DNA of 64,000 nucleotides. Origin: Vicinamibacterales bacterium (GTDB lineage Bacteria > Acidobacteriota > Vicinamibacteria > Vicinamibacterales > UBA8438). This document shows positions 18,670-27,946 of this stretch, piece by piece. The position numbers were made by a program, and so were the translations under genes. Each line of letters opens with the position of its first letter. The stretch's first letter is position 1. Where the stretch lies: NCBI GenBank assembly GCA_965215155.1, contig CBDCCY010000004.1, forward strand, positions 990,151 through 1,054,150. Reading direction: 5' to 3'. The notes beneath the pieces were generated by a model. It was not told the origin of the DNA and did no database searches. It saw nothing but the letters and a program-made list of their open reading frames with translations.

Positions 18670-18785
18670 ATGGAACTCCCGACACGACCCCGGACCGCCA
18701 AGCCCAACGGCCGGCAGCCGCACCACGCGCTGACGACCGCCTTCGTCCGAAACGTAGCACAGGCCGGGCGCTACTGTGATGACCG
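18670..18785 (+). pseudogene. P4-type integrase, N-terminal (arm-binding domain) fragment
   Basis: MELPTRPRTAKPNGRQPHHALTTAFVRNVAQAGRYCDD parallels the N-termini of the full integrases at 26059 and 26553 (..KGRHPHHALSAAFVRTAPVGRHADG..). It is then lost. Confidence 0.55.
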
Positions 18786-19029
18786 CCACGAAAAGCGCGT
18801 AAGCCACTCACAATTAACGGGTTACTGGTGATAGGTCGGGTTTCATCCCCACGGTGTACCCTACCTTGTGAGCCGGAACAGACCGGACCAACGAAGTCGT
18901 CCCCGGTCCCCGGTCGCCGGATCGCCGGACCGCCGGACAGACTGCCCCGATCGGCCCGCGTGATTGACGCCGCATGCCCCTCATGCGAGGGCGGCATCCT
19001 ACCGATGGATTCCGATAGCGTTCTATCGC

Positions 19030-19794
19030 TCACGCGGCCAATTCTTCTCGTGCTCCCTCTCGATCCGACCACGGGACACAACGTACCCCGTAGTTGCGCA
19101 TTGCGCTCAGCACGTTCGCCGAGACCGGCTGATCTGAATCGTTCAGAATTGCATACGCGCACGATTCCGGAGAACGCACCTCCCGCGTGTCGATCCAGGA
19201 GAACGCCATCGACTGCGCCGTGTCGCGGCCCGGTCGGTTGATGGCGCGCAGCACGCGCTCCGGCTGGATTTTGGACTTCGGTATCACGAAGTCGAACCGG
19301 TGGTCGTAGCCGCTCGTGCCCGTGAACTTCACGTTGGGCGTATATCGAATCTCGGAGAGATCCAGCCAGGCCACCACGTCCTCGTAGAACAGACTCGCAA
19401 TCGTCGGCGACGCCAGATAAAAGAGATCGTTGACGGCGAGCATCGCCTGCACGAGGTTGTGCTTCCGCAACGCGAAGTCGTCGCGCGACGCCCGCACTTG
19501 GAGCGCGGTTTCGTTGATCTTCACGCCAAAGCCGTTGAGGGTCGTGTCGAGCAAGGCCCGCCGCCTGCGGCTGTCGATCTTGCAGCCGGACTGTTCCAGA
19601 TCCTCGATGATGTAGCCGTCGTCGGTCAGCACGAAACCCCCGTCGGCCCGTTTCGCATAGATTTGGAGGCAATCGTTGTGGCGATCGAGGTACGGCGTGG
19701 TGATTTCGATCCAGTCGTCGATCTGGCGCAGCGTCGTTTTGTCTCGCAGCCAGATCGAGTACTGATTCAGAAGCGCCTGCACTTCCTCGATCAT
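19030..19794 (-). CDS. DUF1828/DUF1829-type protein, function unknown
   Basis: The protein reads [70 protein letters not shown]...[15 protein letters not shown]. It has an ATGA overlap with the upstream gene. GC is lower than in the flanks. Confidence 0.7.
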   Translation of the reverse strand: MIEEVQALLNQYSIWLRDKTTLRQIDDWIEITTPYLDRHNDCLQIYAKRADGGFVLTDDGYIIEDLEQSGCKIDSRRRRALLDTTLNGFGVKINETALQVRASRDDFALRKHNLVQAMLAVNDLFYLASPTIASLFYEDVVAWLDLSEIRYTPNVKFTGTSGYDHRFDFVIPKSKIQPERVLRAINRPGRDTAQSMAFSWIDTREVRSPESCAYAILNDSDQPVSANVLSAMRNYGVRCVPWSDREGAREELAA

Positions 19795-20240
19795 GTGAAC
19801 AGGCCCTGTCGGATGATCGGCGGCTCGACGACGTTGCAGAACTGCATGAAGTCCTCAAGAGTCCGCCACGGATCGTCCAGATGTGCGAACCGGTCGCTCG
19901 GCGGCGGGTACGCCCACTTGTCGCCGAAGCCCTCGCGATAAAGATGAAGATGTGGCGAGCCGATCTCCTCGCCATCTGGATTGCGGTGCGGCCTAGCGCC
20001 GAAATCCAGCCGCACAAGGACCACGACCTGCCGGCCGCGGCTCTGGTACGTGCCCTTGGCGAGATCGATCCGTGATCGCCGGAGGTCCAGAAGAAAAGAT
20101 TCACGTCGATCGCTCGAAACCAGCGGAATCGTGATCGCACCCCCGAAGTCCGGATAGTTCCAATCGTTCCCGTCGATCCTCCGTTTCTCCAACGCGATCA
20201 GCCCGTCGGCCTCGACCTGGGTGAGGTTGGCATCAGCCAC
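19791..20240 (-). CDS. hypothetical protein (about 149 aa), coupled to hsdS
   Basis: The GTG start overlaps the hsdS stop by 8 nt. The sequence contains ...[42 protein letters not shown].... I cannot name a family with confidence. Confidence 0.65.
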   Translation of the reverse strand: MADANLTQVEADGLIALEKRRIDGNDWNYPDFGGAITIPLVSSDRRESFLLDLRRSRIDLAKGTYQSRGRQVVVLVRLDFGARPHRNPDGEEIGSPHLHLYREGFGDKWAYPPPSDRFAHLDDPWRTLEDFMQFCNVVEPPIIRQGLFT

Positions 20241-21834
20241 TACACTGCTCCTCGCAGGGTCGGTCGGCGAAGTGCGCCCGAAGCTCGCCGGAAACCAACT
20301 TGGGCAGCACGGTGTCCCGAAGAGCAGCGAGCGTGCGGGATTCGCGCTTGTTCGCCTCCATTCGGTCGATCAGCGTCCCTGCTGCGGCTGCAAACGCCCT
20401 TTTGGTCGCGTGGTCGGCAACCACAATGGACGTCGCCAACACCGCATCTGGTCGGACAGCCGGGTACGCGCCACCGTCCGCGAGGTGAGCAAGGCGGTCG
20501 AGATTGTGCGACGACGTCGTGGCACACCACACGAATTCCCGGTCGCGAGTTCGTCTCGGACGCAACACCGCAAAGCCCGTGCTTCCCGTCAGTCCGTTCT
20601 CATCGACGAGTGCGAAAGACCCGTTTCCGGGACGGACGGTAGCTACAATCGTGTCGCCCTTACGGAGCACCCGCCGTGCTCGACTGGGGGCCTCGGCCCA
20701 ACTGCAGACTTCCACTTTGTCGATGCGGCCCCACTTGGCGCTTGTCAGATCGACATAGGCGACGGATCGGGGCGGGTCGGTGGATCTCCACGACTCAGGG
20801 TTCAGAAACACGATGTCGCCAAGAGTTCCGACAGTCCAACCCTCCGGGATCTCGCCCAGCTCGGAGTCCACCAGCCGGTCGGGGAACAGGTCGGCGATGT
20901 CCTTCCGCACCCTCGGGTCGCGGCCTTCCATCTTGGCCCGCACGGGGTCGAAATCGACGAACCAGGACCGGAACAGCGCACGTGCCATCGCCTCCAGCGT
21001 CGCGTTCATCCGACGGTTCAGCTCGATCTTGTCGTCCAGCGTGCCGAGGATGTGCGCGATGGCGCGCTGTTCGCCAACTCTCGGCACGGTTACGCCGTGC
21101 TCCTTTAGCGTCTCCGTCTTCAGGTTCGTGAAGACTGACCCGGTTCCCTTTCCTACTAGAGCGTCCCGTTCGTAGAGCAAGAGATAGTACGCGAACAACC
21201 GATCAAGTCCTCGAAAGTGCCGCAACAACAACCAGCCATCATGAATGCAGGCGTCGATGTTCATGAACTTGGGGATACCAGGAGATGCACTATTGGACAG
21301 AATGAGATCGCCAGGGAATACAGTCACGCTATTGGATCGCCCTTCGGGGCGAATCCGCTCCCTCGTCTGCTCGATGTACCGTGAAGCGGTAGCTGTCGCG
21401 TCGGCAATCTTGACCCACGGGATGCCAGTAGTCGCGATCCAATCATGAATGGGACGAGGCGAAGCGCCGCGGGTGATTTCGCACAAATCGGCCAAGCGAT
21501 GCTGTGTCCAGCCACCGAGCAGGCGTTCGGGGGGCCGTGCGAACCACTCAACGCCGTCACTCCGGATATGTTCCCGGAGCGTCCGGTCTTGTAGTGAGTC
21601 GTACAGCAACAGGTCGACGGACTGGGCCATCGGAATCTCGTCCAGCGCCGCGGCGAGCCGAGCCTGATCGGTCCGCGTCAACCGGTCGCCGAACAAGGCG
21701 ATGTCCACGTCGGAGGACACGGTGTTGGTCCCGGTAGCCCTGGATCCGAACAACACCGCCCGCTTCACCCGATCGTTGGTTGCGAGCGTGGCAACGATCG
21801 CCTCACGATGCGCGTCCTTGAGACCGTCCGTCAT
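20233..21834 (-). CDS. hsdS: in-frame fusion of a minimal nucleotidyltransferase (MNT) domain to type I specificity subunit HsdS
   Basis: The first ~105 aa are MNT-like: RAVLFGSRATGTNTVSSDVDIALFGD. The rest is HsdS-like, with two TRDs and conserved helices (GEQRAIAHILGTLDDKIELNRRMNATLEAMARALFRSWFVDFDP and ...ANKRESRTLAALRDTVLPKLVSGEL). There is no stop or canonical start between the two parts. Confidence 0.8.
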   Translation of the reverse strand: MTDGLKDAHREAIVATLATNDRVKRAVLFGSRATGTNTVSSDVDIALFGDRLTRTDQARLAAALDEIPMAQSVDLLLYDSLQDRTLREHIRSDGVEWFARPPERLLGGWTQHRLADLCEITRGASPRPIHDWIATTGIPWVKIADATATASRYIEQTRERIRPEGRSNSVTVFPGDLILSNSASPGIPKFMNIDACIHDGWLLLRHFRGLDRLFAYYLLLYERDALVGKGTGSVFTNLKTETLKEHGVTVPRVGEQRAIAHILGTLDDKIELNRRMNATLEAMARALFRSWFVDFDPVRAKMEGRDPRVRKDIADLFPDRLVDSELGEIPEGWTVGTLGDIVFLNPESWRSTDPPRSVAYVDLTSAKWGRIDKVEVCSWAEAPSRARRVLRKGDTIVATVRPGNGSFALVDENGLTGSTGFAVLRPRRTRDREFVWCATTSSHNLDRLAHLADGGAYPAVRPDAVLATSIVVADHATKRAFAAAAGTLIDRMEANKRESRTLAALRDTVLPKLVSGELRAHFADRPCEEQCSG

Positions 21835-22243
21835 GGCGTCCGCTTGGCGTCCAGAGTCCGGTAGAGTCGCAGCAGGATCGGGTAGTACCGGTCCTTGATC
21901 AGGGCCTCGGCCTCCCGAGCCACGTCGCTCCAGTACGTGTGGCTCAACAGGTTGCGCTTTTCAAGCGCGTCGAGCAGGGTTTCGCAGTCGTCCTCGTCGA
22001 TGTAGTCGACCTCGAAGCTCCTGCGGATCGCGGCGCGCGGCACCTTCACTTCGTGCCCTTCGTAGTAGAGCAGGTCCTTGAGGACGTTCCACGACAGCTC
22101 GAAGCAAACTCGAACGTCTTGATCAGACCGGCCCGTTCCAGGTCGTCGTACCGGTCGCGCTCGCAGGCGCTCGTCAATTGCGCGAGAGCCGTCCCGAAGT
22201 TGTCGAGCCGCTGCTGCCAGCGGCGCTCGTCTGAGTTGCTCAA
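21831..22243 (-). pseudogene. HEPN-domain protein (HI0074-type nucleotidyltransferase substrate-binding family), frameshifted
   Basis: Two ORFs (22243-22046 and 22049-21831) join into RWQQRLDNFGTALAQL...ERAGLIKTFEFA/FELSWNVLKDLLYYEGHEVKVPRAAIRRSF...LEKRNLLSHTYW if one nt is restored near 22104. The RNLLSH Rx4H motif is in the downstream part. Confidence 0.75.
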
Positions 22244-23865
22244 GGCACCTTGCTCCCGAACCCCAGCGCCTTCAGATTCTCGGCGATGGCGGCATCGAAC
22301 CGCGCCCCCTCGGCCTGCTGCGCTTGCAGTTCCCCGACCAGCCGACGCATCTTCTCCTCGAACGGCTCACCGTCGTCCTGCTGCGGCTCCGCACCGACGT
22401 AGCGCCCCGGCGTCAGCACGTGCCCGTGCCGGCGCACCTCGTCAAGCGGGGCGCTGTTGCAGAAGCCCGGCAGGTCTTCGCAGGCCGTCACGCCGTCGCG
22501 CCATGCGTGGTAGGCCCCCGCGATCCGGGCGATGTCCTCTTCGGTCAGCTCGCGGTGCGTCCGGTCGACCATCCGCCCCAGCTTGCGGGCGTCGATGAAA
22601 AGGATCTCGTCGCCCCGCGGTCGGCGTCGGGCCAGAAACCACAAGCACGCCGGAATCTGCGTCGAGTAGAAGAGCTGCCCCGGCAGCGCCACCATGCAAT
22701 CCACCAGACCCGCCTCGATCAGGTTCTTCCGGATCTCGCCCTCGCCCGACTGGCTCGACGACATCGACCCGTTGGCGAGCACGAACCCCGCGACGCCGGC
22801 GGGCGCGAGGTGGTGGACCATGTGCTGCACCCACGCGAAGTTGGCGTTGCCCTTCGGCGGCACGCCGTAGCGCCACCGCTTGTCCTCGGTCAGCCGCTCG
22901 CCGCCCCAGTCCGAGACGTTGAACGGCGGGTTGGCGAGGATGTAGTCGGCCTTCAGGTCGGGGTGGCGGTCGGCGTGGAAGCTGTCGCCGTGGGCAATCT
23001 GGCCCTCGATGCCCCGGATCGCAAGGTTCATCTTGGCGAGCCGCCACGTCGTGTAGTTGGACTCCTGGCCGTAGATGCTGATGTCCGCCTTGGCCCTCCC
23101 GCCGTTCCCGTTTCCGCTGGCGTGGGCGCGGACGAACTTGATCGACTGCACGAACATCCCCGATGAGCCGCAGCACGGGTCGTAGACCCGGCCCCGGTAC
23201 GGCTCCAGCATCTCGACCAGCACCTTGACGACGCAGCGCGGCGTGTAGAACTCGCCGCCCTTCTTCCCCTCGGCGCTCGCGAACTGAGACAGGAAGTACT
23301 CGTAGACGCGGCCGAGCACGTCGCGGGACCGCGCGTCCTCGTCGCCCACCTGGATGTTGCTGACGAGGTCGATCAACTGGCCGAGCCGCCGCTTGTCGAG
23401 CGCGGGCCGGGCGTAGTCACGAGGCAGCACCTCCTTGAGTGCCGGGTTGTCGCGCTCGATGGCCGCCATCGCTTCATCGACGGTCTGTCCGACCGTCGGC
23501 TGGCGCGCCTGCGCCCGCAGATGCGCCCAGCGGGCTTCGGCCGGCACCCAGAAGACGCTCTCGGCGACGTACTCGTCGCGGTCCTCGGCCTCGGCGGCCT
23601 CCTCGCCCCACTCGGCGACCAGCGCCGCGCGACGCTCCTCAAAGGCGTCGGAGATGTACTTGAGGAAGATCAGCCCAAGCACGACGTGCTTGTACTCGGC
23701 GGCGTCCATTGAGCCGCGCAGGGCATCAGCCATCGTCCACAACTCGGCCTCATAGCCGGTCGTGGCCCCACCGTTCGGGGTTTCGCCCTCGCCGCCTACC
23801 CGCTCCGACCGTCGTCGTGCCATGCCGTGTCTCCGTCGCACGAACCCCGACTTGCGAGCCGGCAT
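22240..23865 (-). CDS. hsdM: type I R-M N6-adenine DNA methyltransferase
   Basis: The sequence has [37 protein letters not shown], an AdoMet motif [12 protein letters not shown]-like ([12 protein letters not shown]) and the catalytic ILANPPFN. An alternative start is at 23823. Confidence 0.9.
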   Translation of the reverse strand: MPARKSGFVRRRHGMARRRSERVGGEGETPNGGATTGYEAELWTMADALRGSMDAAEYKHVVLGLIFLKYISDAFEERRAALVAEWGEEAAEAEDRDEYVAESVFWVPAEARWAHLRAQARQPTVGQTVDEAMAAIERDNPALKEVLPRDYARPALDKRRLGQLIDLVSNIQVGDEDARSRDVLGRVYEYFLSQFASAEGKKGGEFYTPRCVVKVLVEMLEPYRGRVYDPCCGSSGMFVQSIKFVRAHASGNGNGGRAKADISIYGQESNYTTWRLAKMNLAIRGIEGQIAHGDSFHADRHPDLKADYILANPPFNVSDWGGERLTEDKRWRYGVPPKGNANFAWVQHMVHHLAPAGVAGFVLANGSMSSSQSGEGEIRKNLIEAGLVDCMVALPGQLFYSTQIPACLWFLARRRPRGDEILFIDARKLGRMVDRTHRELTEEDIARIAGAYHAWRDGVTACEDLPGFCNSAPLDEVRRHGHVLTPGRYVGAEPQQDDGEPFEEKMRRLVGELQAQQAEGARFDAAIAENLKALGFGSKVP

Positions 23866-24029
23866 CCGCTCCCGTCACCGATAGCGTACAACCAGCCGCC
23901 GGCCTGCCTCAACGGCCTTGCCCGCTCCCCTGCGGCGGCGAGCAACAACAAGTGAATGCTGGCAAGTCGGCATGCTCGGCGACGGAATCTCTCGCCCCGC
24001 CGTCGGCGGCGACCGACCGAGCGGTGACA

Positions 24030-24365
24030 CCCTTCCGGGACGGACAATTGAGAGGGGAGCGACCCGGCGCGGCAGGTGTGACGGAGGCACATCTGCCGGG
24101 TCCGAAAACCGCCAGGTTTTCGGTGGGTCGCTCCCCTCTCTCACCCTGACCCCTTTCCTGACCCCGTGCCTGGATCGTACGTGGTCATTACGGTCAATGG
24201 TGTCAAGGGTTTAGAGGATTCCAAGTGTGATCCGGGGTGTGACTGGAGGTGTGACTGGGGGTGTAAGTTGGTCACGCCGGTCCTGTTACACCCTTGCTGC
24301 GGCACCTCTCCTGTAACCTTCGCCTCGGTCATGGTGTGATCAGGCGGCGGATCCGATCACACGCT
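24030..24365 (-). repeat. structured integrase-associated repeat, copy A (reverse orientation)
   Basis: About 80% identical to copy B over ~330 bp. It contains a GTGTGATC..GATCACAC hairpin, tandem CCAGTCACACC repeats and a 91-nt three-helix palindrome (24050-24140). Confidence 0.6.
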
Positions 24366-24644
24366 TGCCCTCGCCCCCCGTCTCCATCGTGCTCCCGTAC
24401 TGCCCTCCTCACTGTCCCGCGCTCCGATCTCCTGCGTCCGGTACCTGGATCCCTGTCGAGCCCGTCTGGTCCGCTGCCGTCTTTCCGCGCCTCACGCCGG
24501 TCCGTATCGTTCCCGACGGTCCTGTCTGCCGGGCAGGGTTCGTGGGCATGTGCGGCGGGGTCGGGAGCGTGGTCGAGGCCGGTCCCGTTCTCGGGACGGA
24601 CGGCCGCGTCCGTCCAACAACCAGCCTCGTCCGCGACGGCGGCC

Positions 24645-24709
24645 GGCGCGTCACCCGCAAGGGCCGGAGCGGAGCGGAGGAGCCCGTGCGTGCGCGGGCT
24701 TGACGCGCC
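24645..24709 (-). repeat. ~60-nt palindromic element D1 (GGCGCGTCAAG...GTGACGCGCC)
   Basis: The reverse strand reads GGCGCGTCAAGCCCGCGCACGCACGGGCTCCTCCGCTCCGCTCCGGCCCTTGCGGGTGACGCGCC, which is homologous to D2 and D3. Confidence 0.5.
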
Positions 24710-24826
24710 GGACGCCGTCGTGGCACCCGGCTCCTGACGGTCCCCGTGCTCCGGGGCCTGCGCGGCGCGCCGGCCGCCGCCGATCGTACCGGGATGGGGT
24801 TCAGGCCGCAACGTCGCCCGACGGCA

Positions 24827-26059
24827 TCAGCGCCCCGGCGCGTGCACCGCCCGGCGCTCTCCAGCCAGATAGGCTTCCCAGTCGTTCATGAGCCGCCGCC
24901 GCCGCTCGAATAGGTCCGACCGCGCGTAGGCCGCCTCGACCGGGTTCCGCACGATGTGGGCCAGCGCCGCCTCGATGACCTCGCGCGGGTGGTCCGTCTC
25001 CTCGGCCGCCCAGTCCCGGAACGACGACCTGAAGCCGTGCGGAACGGCGGCGACGCGGTGCCACTGGAGCACCCGCAGCATCCGCTTCTCGTCGAGCTGC
25101 TTGCCGCTGCGGCCGGGGAACACCAGCGGGCTACCGCCGTCGCCGAGTCCCCGTGCCGCATCGAGGATCTCCAGCGCACGCCCGCACAGGGGCACCCGGT
25201 GGCCGCGCTTCATCTTCATCCGCTCGGCCGGGATCGTCCACACGCGGGCCTCGGTGTCCATCTCGGCCCACAGCGCCCCGCGCACCTCGCCCGACCGCCC
25301 GGCGGTCAGGACCAGAAACTCGAACGCCAACTTGACGGCTGGCATCGTCCGCGACGTGTGCATCGTCGCGATGGCCGCCGCGACCTGCCCGTGCGGCAGC
25401 GCCTGCCTGTGCTGCACGACCTCGTGCTGCGCACCGAGGACCGGCAGGATGCGGTCACAGGGATTGTCTTTGCGCATCTCCATTGCCACGGCCCACTCCA
25501 GCACGGCCCGGATGCGCTGCCGCACGGTCCGGGCGGTCTGCATCTTCACGTGCCAGATGGGCGTGAGGACCTGGAGCACGTCGGCGCTGTCGACCTCCGA
25601 GACGGGCCGGCTGCCGATGCGCGGGAAGACGTAGCGCTCGAGACTGCGGAGCCACTCGGTCGCCTGCCTGGGACTGCGCCAGCCGGCCCGCTTCGCCTCG
25701 ACCACGGTGGCGGCGGCCTCGGCGAAGGTGGGCATGCCCTGGACGCGGCGCCGCTCGGCGAGCGGGTCGCCGCCCGCGCGGGCGAGCTTGCGGTTGGCGA
25801 GCGCCTTCTCGCGGGCCTCGGCGAGCGTGACCAGATGGACGCTGCCGAGCCCGAGTTCGTGTTTCCGGCCCCGGATGACGAGGCGCTGGATCCAGCTTCG
25901 GGTGCCGGTCGGCTGCACGTAGAGGTACAACCCGTTGCCGTCAGCGTGCCGCCCGACGGGCGCGGTACGGACGAAGGCGGCGGAGAGCGCGTGGTGGGGG
26001 TGTCGGCCCTTGGGCTTGGTCTTCCTGGGTGTCGGGGCGTCGCGGGTCACATAATCCAT
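24827..26059 (-). CDS. P4-type tyrosine integrase with N-terminal arm-binding (DUF4102-like) domain
   Basis: The N-terminus is ..GRHADGNGLYLYVQPTGTRSWIQRLVIRGRKHELGLGS. The catalytic residues are in ...LVLTAGRSGEVRGALWAEMD...HGFRSSFRDWAAE...ALAHIVRNPVEAAYARSD. Confidence 0.9.
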   Translation of the reverse strand: MDYVTRDAPTPRKTKPKGRHPHHALSAAFVRTAPVGRHADGNGLYLYVQPTGTRSWIQRLVIRGRKHELGLGSVHLVTLAEAREKALANRKLARAGGDPLAERRRVQGMPTFAEAAATVVEAKRAGWRSPRQATEWLRSLERYVFPRIGSRPVSEVDSADVLQVLTPIWHVKMQTARTVRQRIRAVLEWAVAMEMRKDNPCDRILPVLGAQHEVVQHRQALPHGQVAAAIATMHTSRTMPAVKLAFEFLVLTAGRSGEVRGALWAEMDTEARVWTIPAERMKMKRGHRVPLCGRALEILDAARGLGDGGSPLVFPGRSGKQLDEKRMLRVLQWHRVAAVPHGFRSSFRDWAAEETDHPREVIEAALAHIVRNPVEAAYARSDLFERRRRLMNDWEAYLAGERRAVHAPGR

Positions 26060-26205
26060 TCCCCAATGATATACAGGAAGTCGGCGGATTGCACGCGACG
26101 TTCTGACCGGGACAGTCCGGCGCGACGAATAATAAACGATTGTAAATCAGATACTTAAGGTCAGTTCCGGACTTCGATGAACGCCAGCGGACCACAATAG
26201 CCCGT

Positions 26206-26415
26206 TTGTGTGATGGCGACGGCTTGTACCTCGACGTGCAGCCGACCGGCACCCGCAGCTGGGTGCAGCGGCTCGTCATCCGCAGCAGGCGCCGCGAACT
26301 CGGGCTCGGCGGCTTCCCGCTCGTCCCGCTCAAGGACGCCCGCGCCCAAGCTCTCGCCAACCGCAGGCTCGCCCGCGCCGGAGGCGATCCGCTCGCCGAG
26401 AACCAACGGCTCTAG
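26206..26415 (+). pseudogene. integrase N-terminal fragment
   Basis: DGDGLYLDVQPTGTRSWVQRLVIRSRRRELGLGGFPLVPLKDARAQALANRRLARAGGDPLAENQR covers only the arm-binding region. Confidence 0.7.
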
Positions 26416-26552
26416 ATCGTCCGCTGATGTTCACTGCCGTGCCAGTAAGTCCATAAATCTCTGAGTGGTAATCGTTTACTTCACATTTCTGGCGCGCCGA
26501 ACCGGCCGCGCCGTCCCTCGACATCCCGCCACTTCTCGCCTACAATGGTGGA

Positions 26553-27779
26553 ATGGATGTTGACACCAGCACGCCCGCCACCCCACGCCGCACCAAGCGC
26601 CGAGGACGCCATCCCCGCAACGCTCTCACCGCCCCCTTCATCCGCTCCGCGCCGCCCGGACGACACGCCGACGGACAGGGCCTGTACCTCTTCGTACAGC
26701 CCACCGGGGCGCGCAGCTGGACCCAGCGCCTCGTCATCCGCGGCCGGCGCCGCGAACTCGGACTCGGCAGCGTCGATCTCGTGTCGCTAGCCGAGGCCCG
26801 CGAGCAGGCCCTCGCCAACCGAAAGCTCGCCCGCTCCGGCGGCGACCCGCTCGCCGACCGCCGCCGCCTCCAGGGCATGCCGACCTTCGCCGAGGCCGCC
26901 GAACGCCTCATCGAGCAGAAGCGGCCCGGCTGGCGCAACGCCAGCGAACACCGGCAGTGGCGCAACAGCCTGGCCCGCTACGCCTTCCCACACATCGGCG
27001 CCCGGCCCGTCGCCGAGGTCAACAGCGCCGACGTGCTGGCCATCCTGTCGCCCATCTGGCACACGCGGGCGGCGACCGCCAAGTCCGTCCGGCAGCGGGT
27101 CGCCGCCGTGCTGGAGTGGGCCGTGGTCATGGAGTTCCGGACCGATAACCCTTGCGACCGAGTGGGCCGGGTGCTCGGCGCGCAGCTCGCGGTCGTGCAG
27201 CACATGCGAGCGCTGCCGCACCGGGAGGTCCCCGCGGCCGTGGCGGCCGTCCGCGCCTCGTCGGCGGGGTCGCCTTTCGTGCGGCTGGGGTTCGAGTTCC
27301 TTGTGCTCACCGCGGCGCGCTCGGGCGAGGTCTGCGGGGCGCGATGGGACGAGGTGGACGTGGCGGGCCACGTCTGGACCGTCCCGGCCTCCCGGATGAA
27401 GATGAAGCGCGACCATCGGGTCCCGCTCTGTCGGCGGGCGCTCGAGATCCTCGACGCCGCGCGGACGCTCGGTGCCGGCCGGTATCCGCTGGTGTTTCCG
27501 GGCAAGGGTGGCAAGGTGCTCGCCAACAGGACGCTGCGGAAGCCGCTCCAGCGTCTTCGGATCCCAGCCGTGGTGCACGGCTTCCGGTCCTCGTTCCGGG
27601 ACTGGGCGGCCGAGGAGACCGACCATCCGCGGGAGGTCATCGAGGCCGCGCTGGCGCACGCGGTCGGCAACAAGGTCGAGGCGGCGTACGCCCGCTCGGA
27701 CCTGTTCGAGCGTCGGCGGCGGCTCATGGACGACTGGTCCGCCTATCTCGACGGCGGACCGGGACCGGCCAGTCGCTGA
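26553..27779 (+). CDS. P4-type tyrosine integrase (paralogue of 24827-26059)
   Basis: The N-terminus is ..GRHADGQGLYLFVQPTGARSWTQRLVIRGRRRELGLGS. The catalytic region is ...LVLTAARSGEVCGARWDEVD...HGFRSSFRDWAAE...ALAHAVGNKVEAAYARSD. Confidence 0.9.
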   Translation: MDVDTSTPATPRRTKRRGRHPRNALTAPFIRSAPPGRHADGQGLYLFVQPTGARSWTQRLVIRGRRRELGLGSVDLVSLAEAREQALANRKLARSGGDPLADRRRLQGMPTFAEAAERLIEQKRPGWRNASEHRQWRNSLARYAFPHIGARPVAEVNSADVLAILSPIWHTRAATAKSVRQRVAAVLEWAVVMEFRTDNPCDRVGRVLGAQLAVVQHMRALPHREVPAAVAAVRASSAGSPFVRLGFEFLVLTAARSGEVCGARWDEVDVAGHVWTVPASRMKMKRDHRVPLCRRALEILDAARTLGAGRYPLVFPGKGGKVLANRTLRKPLQRLRIPAVVHGFRSSFRDWAAEETDHPREVIEAALAHAVGNKVEAAYARSDLFERRRRLMDDWSAYLDGGPGPASR

Positions 27780-27910
27780 CGTGCGATCACCGGGGCGGTC
27801 GCCGGCACGGATGCCGTCCGCCGCGGCGCGCGCCCTGCGCTTCGGCTGCGCGGAGCTGACCCGCCGCAACGCGGCGGCTCCCGTGCAGGGTTCGAAGGGG
27901 CGGAGCCCCT

Positions 27911-27946
27911 CGCCAGCCCCGATGTACGTACATCGGGTCGGCTGGC
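27911..27946. repeat. 36-nt near-perfect palindrome downstream of the integrase
   Basis: The sequence is GCCAGCCCCGATGTAC|GTACATCGGGTCGGCTGGC. Its core CCCGATGTACGTACATCGGG is a perfect 20-mer palindrome. Confidence 0.6.

Noticed and set aside
17843-20140. 765-aa reverse-strand ORF, the longest in this part of the track
   Set aside because: It crosses the IS66 fragment, non-coding DNA, the integrase stub and two well-supported genes in other frames. Its Arg/Ala/Gly/Pro-rich low-complexity translation is typical of off-frame reading in GC-rich DNA.
24366-24826. ORFs between repeat A and integrase 1 (24329-24811, 24409-24726, 24365-24703) as a possible excisionase
   Set aside because: No helix-turn-helix or AlpA/Xis-like motif is recognisable. 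The translations are Arg/Pro-rich, and part of the region is the palindromic element D1.
27885-27915. GGGTTCGAAGGGG, superficially like a tRNA T-loop, downstream of integrase 2
   Set aside because: The flanking bases do not form a T-stem (CAGGG versus GGGGC). No acceptor or anticodon arms are apparent. The adjacent GGGGC-GGA-GCCCC is just a small hairpin.
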